Positions 9,901-20,500 of a DNA stretch of 64,000 nucleotides are shown here, in pieces. Source of the DNA: a virus. Lineage: Duplodnaviria; Caudoviricetes. A program made the translations under genes and the position numbers. Location of the stretch: positions 14,606 through 78,605 of the IMG/VR virus record IMGVR_UViG_3300009370_001679; one strand, written 5' to 3'. Numbering within the stretch: the first letter of the stretch is position 1; each line of letters starts with the position of its first letter. The notes below the pieces were generated by a model that saw nothing but the letters and a program-made list of their open reading frames with translations, had not been told where the DNA came from and did not search any database.

Positions 9901-12900
9901 TAATATATGCATGAAGGTTGACGACGTTACAAACGGAAGTAAGCCAATAATAGCTATTTCAAATACCGCATTCCCATATCTACCCCCTGTTAGTAGATCT
10001 ACAGACGGTGCTCTTGATTCATTGCAGAAATATTTAGACAGGCTTAAAAGAAAGGGGTATGAAGACGCAAACACTCAGGACTTTATAGACAGGCACACTA
10101 AGACGAATGAGTTTATTATAGATTTTCTTAGCGATGGAAGTGGAGAAGCTATAGATCTTGGTAGCCTTTCTAGAAATGGCTCAATTTTTATACATAATTG
10201 CAACCAACAGGTAAACACTCAGGAGTTAGATCATACACTGAGAGTCTCTCGACGCGACTTTCATCTCCCCGAAGACCCTCGAAAGGGTTGGTGGAGCGGG
10301 AAGGATACCCTGTATAACAAATATTTTTATGAGTACAATTATTGGTATGGGAATCCCCCATCGATGATGTTTAGGGATGGATCGCTTCTTGTTGGCACAG
10401 ATGAGGGACGCATTAAAGTATTTAAAGAGGGGTCTCTATCAACACACAGATGTAAGCGCACAAAGCCAGATTCATACTATACTTTACATAGTAAATTTAT
10501 TACCATTGGTGATGTCGATTACCTTCTGCCAAAGCCGGGGTATGCTGGAACATTCGCCGGTGATCCTAAACAGCCCGTAGAATCTTCAGGATATAGGTAT
10601 TTTACCGACGAAGATAAAAAACACATGAGAAAAGGCGCATTTTCAAATAGGGGAATGGTCGGCGATAGTGGTACCTTCGAGGGGGGTGTGGATTATCTCG
10701 ATACGTGGGTATGGAACGCAAGCTCTAAATCACCACAGATATATAATATTGAGGGTGGTCGTGAGTGGAGAGTAACTAATCGTCAACCGATATCCCAGTT
10801 TATACCCATGATAGTGGAAGATGATAAACCGGCAGATTTCGTTTCTGTTTATCGTAACTATTCCCACTACTATATCAATCCTACTAGCGATATTCTCACA
10901 ACCCCCATTATGCCAGTATTGGGAGATAACACATCTGGGCAATCAGCAACAAGTCCTTATGCCATAAGTAACCAGACAGATCCAAGGGTTCAAGACAAAG
11001 ACCAAAGAAATATATTGCTTGGTCAGCCTTTTGGGTATACATTTAGGTGTGATAATAGACTTCTTATAGTTCATGGAGCTTCTTATACTAATGAGTTTGA
11101 TACTGTAGGTAATGATATAGCCCATAGGTTATATCTATACGAGGTGAATAAGAATGGGTTTTTTGACTTCTTTCAGAAGATAACTCCAGCGACCAGTAAT
11201 TTGGCCAACGGGACTATCCCTAAAGATGGTGTTCAGAATGTTCGCCGTAGAGTTGATTATGGGTCAACCACAAAGGACACTCCAGAGGAATCTACACCAG
11301 AATATGTCAATGTCTTTCCCGAAGGAGCTATGACTTTTGAGGAGAAGAACGAAGAAAGCAGGACAATAGCATACCTAATGACAAATATGTATGATGCCCT
11401 ATCTGGGATGTTGGTATTGATGACCCCTTACGGGAAGGCGGTATTTGACGATAGTGGGGCAGCCAAGAGCTATGAATTTGTCGGCGACCAGAGGAGCGTT
11501 CAGATATCCCCCTATTTCTCATTTACAGAAGAGTTTAATGCAAAAAATCCATATAACCTTAACAATATGTACTCATATCGTGAGGGTCTTGGCATTGATT
11601 ACCCTGCAAATATTTATGATATAAATGATGAACATGGCGGTTTGTGCGCTTTCTATAACATAGAAACTAACTCATCACAATACAACTCAATTAGAATATT
11701 AAAAAGTGTAAAATTTACAGTTGATGTAGCAGAAAATGTTACCATTAAGGGTGCGGATGACACTGACGTTACTCAAGTTTTGCCGATTTTAACATTCTAT
11801 AAAGACGACCCTAGAAAGACAATAACACAAACGGGAGTTACTGATGTGATAGGGGGCGGAACCAAGCTGCCTTATGGGCCTAATTCGGCGAACAATCCTA
11901 ACTCGCCACACAATCCTCTCTACGCTGATGGACTTCAAGATAGCGCAGCCCTAATAAAATATCCTACTTATGCCAGAACCAGTGTGGCTGGAGATCAGGG
12001 TTGGCGCGGAACAGTAATTATAGATGGGCCCGAAATATCTGTTTTTGCTGCAAATGGATCATTAATTAAGGGTTCTAGTGACAACAAGACTATTCTTTAT
12101 AATGATGGAAATGGATATACAGATGGGTCTTACAGTCAAACGTTTGATGATGTAAACAAGGCTAGCTTTGATTCTAGAGCTCAGGTTGAAAGCACTTTAG
12201 TTGTAGGTCTGATGTCTCACAATACTCAAACTTCAGACTTTGACGGAACCTATAGAACGAAGTGGGTAGCTGGGGACGAGGATACTGGAACATGGGGTCA
12301 AGAACTTAACTATATTCCATACAGTAAGCCATTTGATATTTCCTCCAACGTGCACTCATTTATAAATAAAGCTAAAATATCATCTGTTGAGTTTACTTAT
12401 AAGGACTATGATCTTGGAGATTTAAGGAGGTTTCGGTGTGCGACTTTCAGAGAGAGTCAACACGGCCCCCTAACCAAACCTTTTGCTGATGGCTTCAGGC
12501 AGCCGGGCACTGAAGGGTTTTTAAGAATGGGAAAATCTAAAACCCCTGCGTTTTTTGATACAGAGGGCATAGTTCTTAGTGGGACAAATAGTGAATCTAT
12601 ACAGATAATAGAATCTGTTAGTTATGATTATTGGGGCCCTAACTATATTCAATACGTTTCGGACCCGATTAGTCATGCTTCAGATATTCAAAAACCAGAG
12701 TTCTTGAGTCTCTCAATATTTTCTGCACCCCAAAGCTCTGAAAGCTTTAATATGTCAACATCTGGCCATATTGCCTCTAGTGGATTGATTCCTACTTATA
12801 TAGGTGGTGTTGCGAGTCATTCTGAGAGTATGCCTCTTAAAATCGGATCTACTCCAGTTGTGAATTATTTAGGGCTATCCCTTCCTGTGCCATTTGGGTT

Positions 12901-15900
12901 TAAGTGTGACGGAATGTCTCTGTTTACCCCAACAGCGTTTGGTACAAGCATAGCTAGCGGCATGTCGGCTCAATTTCCGGGCGGAACTGGTGTAGATAAA
13001 GGCATGGCATTATCTATAGGTATGCCGCATAACAGCGGTGGAATGAAGCTTGCAATGGGTCAGGCAGCTTTGGGTAGTGGCAATATGAATGTTGCAATGT
13101 CTGGAGTGTATGGCTCTTACAATAGTATACCATGCATAGAGGGTAATCTATACCTCAACGCTACCTATGTCAATAACGGCAATATGCCTTTAAACTTAGG
13201 TAGGCTTTCAGACAGCGGAAATATGCCACTATATATGAGAACACCAGATCCGGCTTCTGGGGTGGTGAATTTGGCTATTAATACAGAGCCATTTAATAGT
13301 AATAATGCTTCATACCCCTCTGGGCTTCATCTTCGTCAAAAGGGGTTTGCAGAAAAGACAGCAAATACAAACTTGTATATTGGCGAGCAGGCCAGCGAAG
13401 CTTCTGCACCTTTATTCTTAATGCAACCACACAGGATTCCGTTTATAGACCCGCAATCTCCGGCGACCTATGAGGGAGACGACACATCTCAAATACCAAC
13501 ACTTTACGTTTCTGGAGCCGCTGTTCCTACTGCTAATAGTTTAGATGATAATTTTCATCATCAAAAACAGATGGTTCAGGAAAATTCACAGTTTGACTAT
13601 AGCTCTAACGCAGAGACTATTATTTCTTACAATAGCTCGAACTCTCTGTCTAGAAACACTTTAAGCCCGAGCAACACGGCAGACTATGGGGTAAAAAGAA
13701 TATCCAAAGTCGGAAGCAGTCTGGAGAATTACAATGGGTTGGGTACAAACTCTTTCTATAACAATGAAATGTCTAGGCAGGCAATAGATTCAAATGGAAC
13801 ATATTTAGCGGTTGGTACGAATTCTAGTGTTCTATCCGACGATCCATCTTTGCAGATTTTCGACGTTTTAAATGAAAGCTCTGTCAGGTTAGCGTATACA
13901 TACACTGAGTTTGAGGAAGACCTTTTAGATTTGGGAATCTCTGATGCTGGTCAGATTATGTTCTATTATAAGGATGTTAAGGTCTCACCAGAAAATAAAA
14001 TAGCCGTTTCTATAAGAGCTCAGTTTGATCAACATGTTTCTGATATGATATTCATATTAGAGGAACAAGCGTTCGATAGGATATCAACAACAAAAACTGA
14101 TTTTGATGAGTGCGCAATAAAACCTCAAAAACGACTTAGTGTTAGCGTTGAATCTTTTGAGAGGTGGAAAATCACATCAGTATTTACTTCTAGCTCTTGG
14201 AAAGAAACGACCAGTGCAGATAAGATTCTGAATAGGGTTATGGGCGAGTCTATATCTTGGAAGGGCGAAGATTTATACTACGGAAAACAAAGCACGCGGT
14301 TTGCCAATGTTTACGCTAGGTATGAATCGGATGATTATGCAACAGAAAACAAAGCGTTTGGGTTTGGTGACACGAGCGATGCTACGAACTACAACAAAAA
14401 TATAAACAACATACCGACAGGAACAAAGACTGGGTTTGGAGCAAAAATTCAGCTTGCGGGAGACTTCGCTTTTGTTGGTGCTCCATTGCTCGACCCATAT
14501 ATTGCAAACAATAATCTTTCTGCTGTTAATGCCGCATCGCCAGATGGAGCTGTTTATATATTCAAATATGATAGCGGATGGTCGTATGTTGATGCAATTT
14601 ATAGTGGTGGATTAATATCTTCTGCTATTGCAGGGGTGGATAGCTGTGCTTATGATGCAAAACTGTTTGGGTATGATTTAGATTATGATTCCACATCCGG
14701 ATACCTATCTGTGGGCGAACCAATGTCTAACACGGTATATCAGTTTAATATTAGCTCTACGGGAACGCCTTCGCTATTGAATTCTTACTCTAGTACAGAC
14801 AGCAAGTTTGGAACTTTTGTTAATTCTGTATCGGCAGGACTGATAACAAATACAAAGTCTAAAATACAAGATGTAGTATACTCTCAAGATTTTGAGTTCT
14901 CAACAGAAGAAATAGAATCCGAAATCCAGCAATATGTGCCCGGCGTCAATGTTATAAACAGCGTTTCTCACGAGATAGTGTCAGTCCAGAGGGCCACCCT
15001 TACTGGCAAAGAAAAGCTGTTGGTGGCGCGAGATTTTGAGGTCAATTACGGCGCTGGGAGGGTCAAGAAAATACAAAAGATATCACTCTTGAACCTGCAC
15101 GATATAAACGGCACGCTGTATATCTCTGGCCCGGGACCTGTTTCTGATTCACTAAACCTAAGTATGCCCATTCCTTCAGGAGGAGCTACTGGAGACTTAG
15201 GTATAACATTCGGGTCAATCGGGACTGGCGTTGCGATGCCGTTACATCTAAGTAATTACATTGGTAGCGGGGAAGCTCCGCTACATATGAGAGGGCCATT
15301 GGAAATCCCAGTGCCCCTCTATATGAGCGCCGACTATACAGATACCACATCAGAGACTTCGCTAGTTACGGAGGGGCCAGTTTATGCTAGCGGCACTTCT
15401 GACCTTAGCATTGAGGGTAAAACCGCTCGGGCCCTATCTTCCTCAATGTTTGTTCTTGGGGGAACAGAGGCGGGTGGAGGAATGGCGCAAATGGGAGTGT
15501 CTATGAGGATTGCTCAGGTTGACCTTTATCCTACATCTGGCCAGCAAGATGTTCTAATTGCCGGAATCGGAGACGGAATCGGAAGCGCTACGGCTACCCC
15601 TTCTCTTTATCTTGGTGCTGGAGATTATGGGCCTGCTAGCGGCACAAGCCTTCTAAGAATGGAAGGGCCTCCATCAGCAACCGTTAGCGCCTCCAAAGGC
15701 TTGGCAATCATTACAGATCCCGCGTCGGGAGTGTTTGAGACCGTAGCCACCCTGATGATACCTAACACTCAAACCACAGACGTGAATGGTAGAATACTTA
15801 AAGCATCAGAGTCGTTATACTTGAGTTCTACTGCTCCAAATTCTGGAAACATGAACTTGGTTGTATGGAGAGAGGGTATTGGTGGCGGAAAAGAGCTGGA

Positions 15901-16066
15901 TGCAAACACCAGCCTGATGTTAACTAGCATTACATCGACATCAGACATAAATGTGTATATGTCAGGGGGATATATATCTACAGGCACAGCAAGTCTTGCA
16001 ATTCCATCCGGTATATCGTTACCTAGTGGAAATCCAGAGTTGTTCATAAGAGGTTATAGCGAGTAA
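6962..16066 (+). CDS. Giant virion structural protein, 3034 aa (tail/baseplate; FG-GAP-like propeller blades plus SG-rich beta repeats)
   Basis: Directly follows the tape measure. FG-GAP-like blades (GFGAKIQLAGDFAFVGAP, LFGYDLDYDSTSGYLSVGEP). Two blocks of short SGxxxL repeats. Ser/Thr/Gly-rich. Confidence 0.65.
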   Translation: MANIKSTKSLHIQNDQTDAAGVYQRNRGMDLFLEAPGGIQQFTNFDAKVASYNNNDAEVRAGLFDSPYRYLELERQYDGTATMPFEYDNGQYYPSDIKILDDIAVVSYKEHSQRVYLINETMKTGHVIVKVTYDKVGEDEVFNDVDLNSGLVFANVGTAARNLTEFAGASNIVGSNSGVESGYSISPTGDVAVDLGIGCTTTTSDEDCTVFGGDTWTWSGGTWVQQTFTGCGACLDPSSATSCGCDSMPPVAPGTYDGEGGTGTCAAKTEVVCDPFVEDDDGTDVKKRVNEGVQDCAGPTMPADALENKEGGIFFSQVKNKKGEIIDVLQGLVVDFSEKSTPSDATLLSLRSRHDSNLIWVDECAEDTVTYYYKVPCQVVDSFYWQIGQKTQCGRVDIFERRSGTITAVDGNKITVTGPTGDSELIIDGFDTNLLNDYDRIKIVSGVNETPKDHVHPINGIKYVKRTANGDTEYYIYDDENLTQETDTSSLKSTDGLLWAFHPDDSDFGVWRYKTTLFSPNGLNGDGVTGRGRTPYVNQGGVGQIAGYTGGYYSGGNDTDIRNALDLMAWGYRFGQAIDIIKQPGTDYYWLAISELGNIANSDSGMDYFGRVQGSQNSLALSKSVLITDKDGNPVLDENGLRQTEMRGISLDEAIEFGLDPKLPGLASMFINHITGKYDEQIDWNHTEHYSYGGVEQDQSNRASGKITSILSPYGYQVLKPKHLGYGRVWLYKINMNSADSAISSIGTAEEINAATRNGHISEPPLCMGDYIAGLTDVDFPTNVEGLDGYGYSIFSKLGYLYWFRAWISNLKSGTVGGFSGHAKAHHRGSFDKWNYNSGYPKKWAPSWSSDEEDTDEYGNPGGFDSGMDIDLPGGGTMGGMMGDMGGGGDGDGGDGGDGETKTIGRGGVTNLFFIESQRFVNELVMYKGEFGSVFGTANVNFFPDDILQFFRTNETPYAPYATSADILTNGFKFADGFGFNICMKVDDVTNGSKPIIAISNTAFPYLPPVSRSTDGALDSLQKYLDRLKRKGYEDANTQDFIDRHTKTNEFIIDFLSDGSGEAIDLGSLSRNGSIFIHNCNQQVNTQELDHTLRVSRRDFHLPEDPRKGWWSGKDTLYNKYFYEYNYWYGNPPSMMFRDGSLLVGTDEGRIKVFKEGSLSTHRCKRTKPDSYYTLHSKFITIGDVDYLLPKPGYAGTFAGDPKQPVESSGYRYFTDEDKKHMRKGAFSNRGMVGDSGTFEGGVDYLDTWVWNASSKSPQIYNIEGGREWRVTNRQPISQFIPMIVEDDKPADFVSVYRNYSHYYINPTSDILTTPIMPVLGDNTSGQSATSPYAISNQTDPRVQDKDQRNILLGQPFGYTFRCDNRLLIVHGASYTNEFDTVGNDIAHRLYLYEVNKNGFFDFFQKITPATSNLANGTIPKDGVQNVRRRVDYGSTTKDTPEESTPEYVNVFPEGAMTFEEKNEESRTIAYLMTNMYDALSGMLVLMTPYGKAVFDDSGAAKSYEFVGDQRSVQISPYFSFTEEFNAKNPYNLNNMYSYREGLGIDYPANIYDINDEHGGLCAFYNIETNSSQYNSIRILKSVKFTVDVAENVTIKGADDTDVTQVLPILTFYKDDPRKTITQTGVTDVIGGGTKLPYGPNSANNPNSPHNPLYADGLQDSAALIKYPTYARTSVAGDQGWRGTVIIDGPEISVFAANGSLIKGSSDNKTILYNDGNGYTDGSYSQTFDDVNKASFDSRAQVESTLVVGLMSHNTQTSDFDGTYRTKWVAGDEDTGTWGQELNYIPYSKPFDISSNVHSFINKAKISSVEFTYKDYDLGDLRRFRCATFRESQHGPLTKPFADGFRQPGTEGFLRMGKSKTPAFFDTEGIVLSGTNSESIQIIESVSYDYWGPNYIQYVSDPISHASDIQKPEFLSLSIFSAPQSSESFNMSTSGHIASSGLIPTYIGGVASHSESMPLKIGSTPVVNYLGLSLPVPFGFKCDGMSLFTPTAFGTSIASGMSAQFPGGTGVDKGMALSIGMPHNSGGMKLAMGQAALGSGNMNVAMSGVYGSYNSIPCIEGNLYLNATYVNNGNMPLNLGRLSDSGNMPLYMRTPDPASGVVNLAINTEPFNSNNASYPSGLHLRQKGFAEKTANTNLYIGEQASEASAPLFLMQPHRIPFIDPQSPATYEGDDTSQIPTLYVSGAAVPTANSLDDNFHHQKQMVQENSQFDYSSNAETIISYNSSNSLSRNTLSPSNTADYGVKRISKVGSSLENYNGLGTNSFYNNEMSRQAIDSNGTYLAVGTNSSVLSDDPSLQIFDVLNESSVRLAYTYTEFEEDLLDLGISDAGQIMFYYKDVKVSPENKIAVSIRAQFDQHVSDMIFILEEQAFDRISTTKTDFDECAIKPQKRLSVSVESFERWKITSVFTSSSWKETTSADKILNRVMGESISWKGEDLYYGKQSTRFANVYARYESDDYATENKAFGFGDTSDATNYNKNINNIPTGTKTGFGAKIQLAGDFAFVGAPLLDPYIANNNLSAVNAASPDGAVYIFKYDSGWSYVDAIYSGGLISSAIAGVDSCAYDAKLFGYDLDYDSTSGYLSVGEPMSNTVYQFNISSTGTPSLLNSYSSTDSKFGTFVNSVSAGLITNTKSKIQDVVYSQDFEFSTEEIESEIQQYVPGVNVINSVSHEIVSVQRATLTGKEKLLVARDFEVNYGAGRVKKIQKISLLNLHDINGTLYISGPGPVSDSLNLSMPIPSGGATGDLGITFGSIGTGVAMPLHLSNYIGSGEAPLHMRGPLEIPVPLYMSADYTDTTSETSLVTEGPVYASGTSDLSIEGKTARALSSSMFVLGGTEAGGGMAQMGVSMRIAQVDLYPTSGQQDVLIAGIGDGIGSATATPSLYLGAGDYGPASGTSLLRMEGPPSATVSASKGLAIITDPASGVFETVATLMIPNTQTTDVNGRILKASESLYLSSTAPNSGNMNLVVWREGIGGGKELDANTSLMLTSITSTSDINVYMSGGYISTGTASLAIPSGISLPSGNPELFIRGYSE
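9617..9658 (+). repeat. GGT/GAT low-complexity tandem repeat encoding a Gly-Asp linker
   Basis: ggtggtggtgatggtgatggtggtgatggtggtgatggc = GGGDGDGGDGGDG. Confidence 0.85.
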
Positions 16067-16077
16067 GGAGTTAATTT

Positions 16078-17553
16078 ATGGCGGTTACATTTAATCCAGT
16101 TGGGGGAGACTCAATCACAATCGGCGGTACAGCCGCTACGGGGCCTTTTCCTAAATATTCAGTTTCTACCGAAAGGGTAGAGGCGTCGGACGGCACCCTT
16201 ATAGATATGATATACAGCATATCTGTAACTGGTCAGGTTATAGCTAGTGGAGACATGACAACTGCTGGTGCCAGACAGGATAGTTTACATGCTGCAATGA
16301 TAGCTAAATTAGCAGCTATGGAAAACGAGGTTCCCGTTGGAACTCTGGAGATTGTTGCTTATGGTGGGCTTTCTAATGTTTTGCAGTTTAATGACGCAAC
16401 ACTCACAGGTATAAGCTTTGGCGAGCAAGATGATGAAACCGCCGGAACCCAAGTTGGGGATTATACTTTTGAGTTCACCGCCCACAAAAGAAGTTCTACT
16501 AAAACTGGTAGTTCGTACAGCCTAGTTAGCGCGGAAGAGAGTTGGGATATATCTGAGAACGCTGAGCGATATTATGTAAGTAATGATTTCACCAACCTCC
16601 CCAGCAAGACTTATACTATAACCCATACAGTAAGCGCAACCGGATATAACAAAATCACAGACACTACCTTCAATGATTCTGGATGGGCTCAAGCTAAAGA
16701 TTGGGTTCTCAGTAGGTTGGTTACTACTCCCGCAACAACCATTGAAACAAATGTCGCCGGTAAAGAAAGGTTCACTGATTTTCAGGGGATCTACATGGGC
16801 GAAAGCTCTGGCGACTTTATTGATCTAAGCACCGATAGCGCATACAACCATAGTCGAGTAGCGCAGTCAGACCTTCCCGGCGGCTCATATTCTGTCACAG
16901 AGACATGGTATATATCTAAACTCGCGGTCACGCATGATTTTGATATGTCGCTAGATACGGGAGAAGACGGAATAACCAATGTTACAGTTAATGGTAGCAT
17001 ACAGGGGCTTAACACATCTTCTTTTGCTACAAGATCTGAAGATAAAATTACACAGGCGGAGGGCGTTCTTGATAATTGTTTAACTCAGGCTTATGGGTTA
17101 GCAAATACCTTTTATCAAGCAACTATTACGTCTGCTACACCTCTTAGTACCTCAGAAATGTCTAAAAGTGTATCTAAAAATAGAACAACTGGTGTTATAA
17201 CCTATAGTTTAAGCTATAATGATAATGAGTTAGAGTCAGATGATACAATAACTGAAAGTCTTCAAATTTCAGACGATAACGAAGATCGGTCAAACAATGT
17301 TGTTGCCATAATACAAATTATAGGTAAAACTGATGGCCCTATTTTTCAGAACATGGGAACAACCACTGAAAGGAAAAGGAGTGCAAGCTTGGAATGGACA
17401 ATGAAAAGAGCTAATAGGAGCAGTAAGCCCTCTGCGGATGCTCTCGCTGCTGTTAATGCGTATAAACCTACAGGAGCGTATCAGCTGAGTAAGTCAGAAA
17501 GTTGGACACCCTCAACTGGCGGATATTCTTTATCAATAGAATGGACATATTAG
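16078..17553 (+). CDS. Putative tail/baseplate structural protein, 491 aa
   Basis: Strong RBS (AAGGAG). Thr/Ser-rich beta protein with repeated E-S/T-W...G.YS motifs. Lies in the tail module. Confidence 0.55.
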   Translation: MAVTFNPVGGDSITIGGTAATGPFPKYSVSTERVEASDGTLIDMIYSISVTGQVIASGDMTTAGARQDSLHAAMIAKLAAMENEVPVGTLEIVAYGGLSNVLQFNDATLTGISFGEQDDETAGTQVGDYTFEFTAHKRSSTKTGSSYSLVSAEESWDISENAERYYVSNDFTNLPSKTYTITHTVSATGYNKITDTTFNDSGWAQAKDWVLSRLVTTPATTIETNVAGKERFTDFQGIYMGESSGDFIDLSTDSAYNHSRVAQSDLPGGSYSVTETWYISKLAVTHDFDMSLDTGEDGITNVTVNGSIQGLNTSSFATRSEDKITQAEGVLDNCLTQAYGLANTFYQATITSATPLSTSEMSKSVSKNRTTGVITYSLSYNDNELESDDTITESLQISDDNEDRSNNVVAIIQIIGKTDGPIFQNMGTTTERKRSASLEWTMKRANRSSKPSADALAAVNAYKPTGAYQLSKSESWTPSTGGYSLSIEWTY

Positions 17554-17554
17554 C

Positions 17555-20500
17555 ATGGTACAATTAACAGAGCCTTTAAAAATGTTCGGCGTATATGTCG
17601 AATCTTTTACGTCGTCGGTTGGATATGGTGCGGAATCCAGCACTATGCAGATGACCCTCGTAGAAGATCCAGACGATAACATTACAATAAAGCACTCTCT
17701 TGATGGTGGAGCTACATTTGTAGATGGGTTTCCAGAGGTTGGCACAGTGTGCCAGTTTGCTTTTGAGGGGTTTGAGTTTGTAGGCATATTCCAGAGGTAT
17801 AACTATTCTGAGTCTACTGGTGGTAGAAAGTATGACGTAACTTTTGAGTCTCCATCTAAAATTCTTGATGGCGTACAGGTTATATTGAGTGGGTTTGAGG
17901 GTACTGGATTTTGGGATAAACCATTTTACCCTTCTACTGACTGGAATTTCACTAGCCAACTTAACAATGTTTATAACCCCTTTGGTATTAAAGAAAACTA
18001 CACTTGGGGAGGAACGTTTGGCTATTCTGATTATAACTCAGCTGGCTTTCCTGTTGTAGACGACCCAAACCAAACAGGGTTGGCGGCTAAGGGTCTCCTC
18101 ACCATGATAGAGGAGATATCTCAGTCTAAGTATACTTACGACAATCCAAACGGAGCCGCGATACATACTTCAGTTAACTCTAGCGGTGAAGAACTGATAG
18201 GTGGGCCTATATGTTATGGCGACAGTAAATTTGTCATAGACTTTGGAAATCTAAAAACTATTGTGCCGGATTTCTTTAGGCTAAAAGGGCCCACCAAAAG
18301 TATAAATGCTATACTTCAAGAGTGCTGTGAATTGATTGTTCATGATTATGTTACGATCATAGACCCTGTATATACCCAACAGCAAACAGGATACAGTACT
18401 GGTACCACCACTGGTTTTGCTCCCGGTGTTCCGCAGGGTCAATACAAAAAGGTTATTAGAAATGGTGTGGTTCCAATTCAATATGATGTAGATGGGAACG
18501 TTACAGGGCCGGTAATATCTTTTAAGTATTTAGATAAGTCTGAGCAGCCCAGACCGGGCGTTGTCGCAGACCTTGTTGCGGCGGCAAAACAAAACGATAC
18601 TCTTATTTCTGCTAATAATGGTCAGGAATATGCTGATGTCGTTACACAAAAAATGATTATTGGAGATCAAGCTACTCGCGTATGGGAAGCGGGTATGGAA
18701 TATCTTATTCCCGCATATGGAAAAGATCTTAACGGTAACTGGCTATTAGGAACGGGGTTTGGCGATCAAGATTTCGCTCCAGTGGCGCTCGCTAATGGTG
18801 CAGTGTATCAGGCTCGTATTCAGGAGTTTAGGTCTGCAATGTCGGGGTTTGAGCAGTGGCAATTATATCATGAGCTAGGGGGATTTTATGGGTATAGCAA
18901 TGTGGGCAACCCTCTTTACGGTTCAATAGCTATGGGTACTTCGGCAGCTATTACCGGCTTTCTCCAAAACAGGATGCCGGGCCCAGCTTTGATGGCTGGC
19001 TTTAATGGAGATTGGCATAGAAGGGTGGCAATGGAGGGGAGGGGGGGCATTGAAGGTTCGGGTCGCAGTATGCAAAAAGAGATATTTGACGCGGTTTTAA
19101 ATACGGCTACAAACTATTGGGGCAAGACTTACTTTGTATTGCTTCCCGTAGAGCCGGGCGGCTATGATAACAATATTAGATATAAGAATGCATTTGAAAC
19201 AGAAGCAGCTTGGGAAATAACTGATGCTGGTTGGGACCCTGATTTTCGTGTTAAAGACATAAGTATGTATAATGATGAGGGCGCACTAAAAGCTTGCGCC
19301 GGATATTATCCCTCTATTTCATCAGGCAGAGCAAGTGCAGCCAAGATGAAAGATTTTGGGAATATAGAAAAAACTGTACCTTATACACTTCCCGGATCTA
19401 CCACGCTAGTAGGGTCAGAGATAAAGGTTGATAAGCAGATCTACTGGATGAATAATCCATACCATCAGAATAATAATAATCCATATGATGATGTAAGTGC
19501 TATGGTACATATAGAGTGTCCACAAGTATGGGAATTTGACCCTAATGCAAGCGAAAAGGCCGCTTTAGATTCCACGATGAACCTCGGGGCATTCTCGGCT
19601 GCATTCCAAGGCGCTCCCGGGTTTATCGGAAAAGTCGATGTACAGGGTAAGCAATTCACTCAGGAGGTGGAAGATGATGATGGCAATAAGTTTACGATAC
19701 CATACAACACATCTAGTTATTCAACATTTGAAAACGAGATGATGGCAATGAGATATGCGCCAAGGGCTGTTAGGCCTTTTAAGGTTTCAATTCCTCAAAA
19801 GAGCAATCGCTATAGCTGGGGTCCTTGGTATAGGTTTAGCACTAAAATAGGTAAGGCTGAGGTAGAACAAAACAGTCAGTTAAAACCTGAAACATTTGGA
19901 AGTAGAGCGCTTTTAGATAAAGCCGGTGCGGCTTTAACTTATGCTGGAACTGCTGATTTATATGCTTCTGAGTCTGGGTCTGTTGATTTAGCCGAATTCC
20001 CACAATATAATATCGCAGATAGGTTTAATACAAATGGCCCATATATTACAAAGATGGATGTCTCCGTTGGTACGGGTGGGATTACTACAAAATATCAGTT
20101 CTCTACATGGACTAGGAATTTTGGTAAGATAGCTAAGTATAATATTGACCGAATAGCGAAGATAAACAAAGATAGAATTAAGGCCCAGAAAGAGGGAACT
20201 GTCGCTCAGTTTAGCACTAATCAAAAGAGCTCTGCAAATGCATTACAGCAGCATGCCAATGTCCTTAATCCCATAGATACAAACTTCATGAGTGGACTTC
20301 AGGTTCCTGCTCTTCCCGCTGGCGGCGCTAACTCCAATTCGCTTGGGTCAACTGTTATGTCTATGTCTACAAAAAATGCGGCGTCTTTACATTGGTCTTC
20401 TGGTCGAGGTGTTAGCTTTCACGGAAAGAATGCGCCCAGTTATAACTTTAGCTTTGGATGTACTCCCGAGCAGCTATTCTCTCCGGTCGGCATAAGAAAA

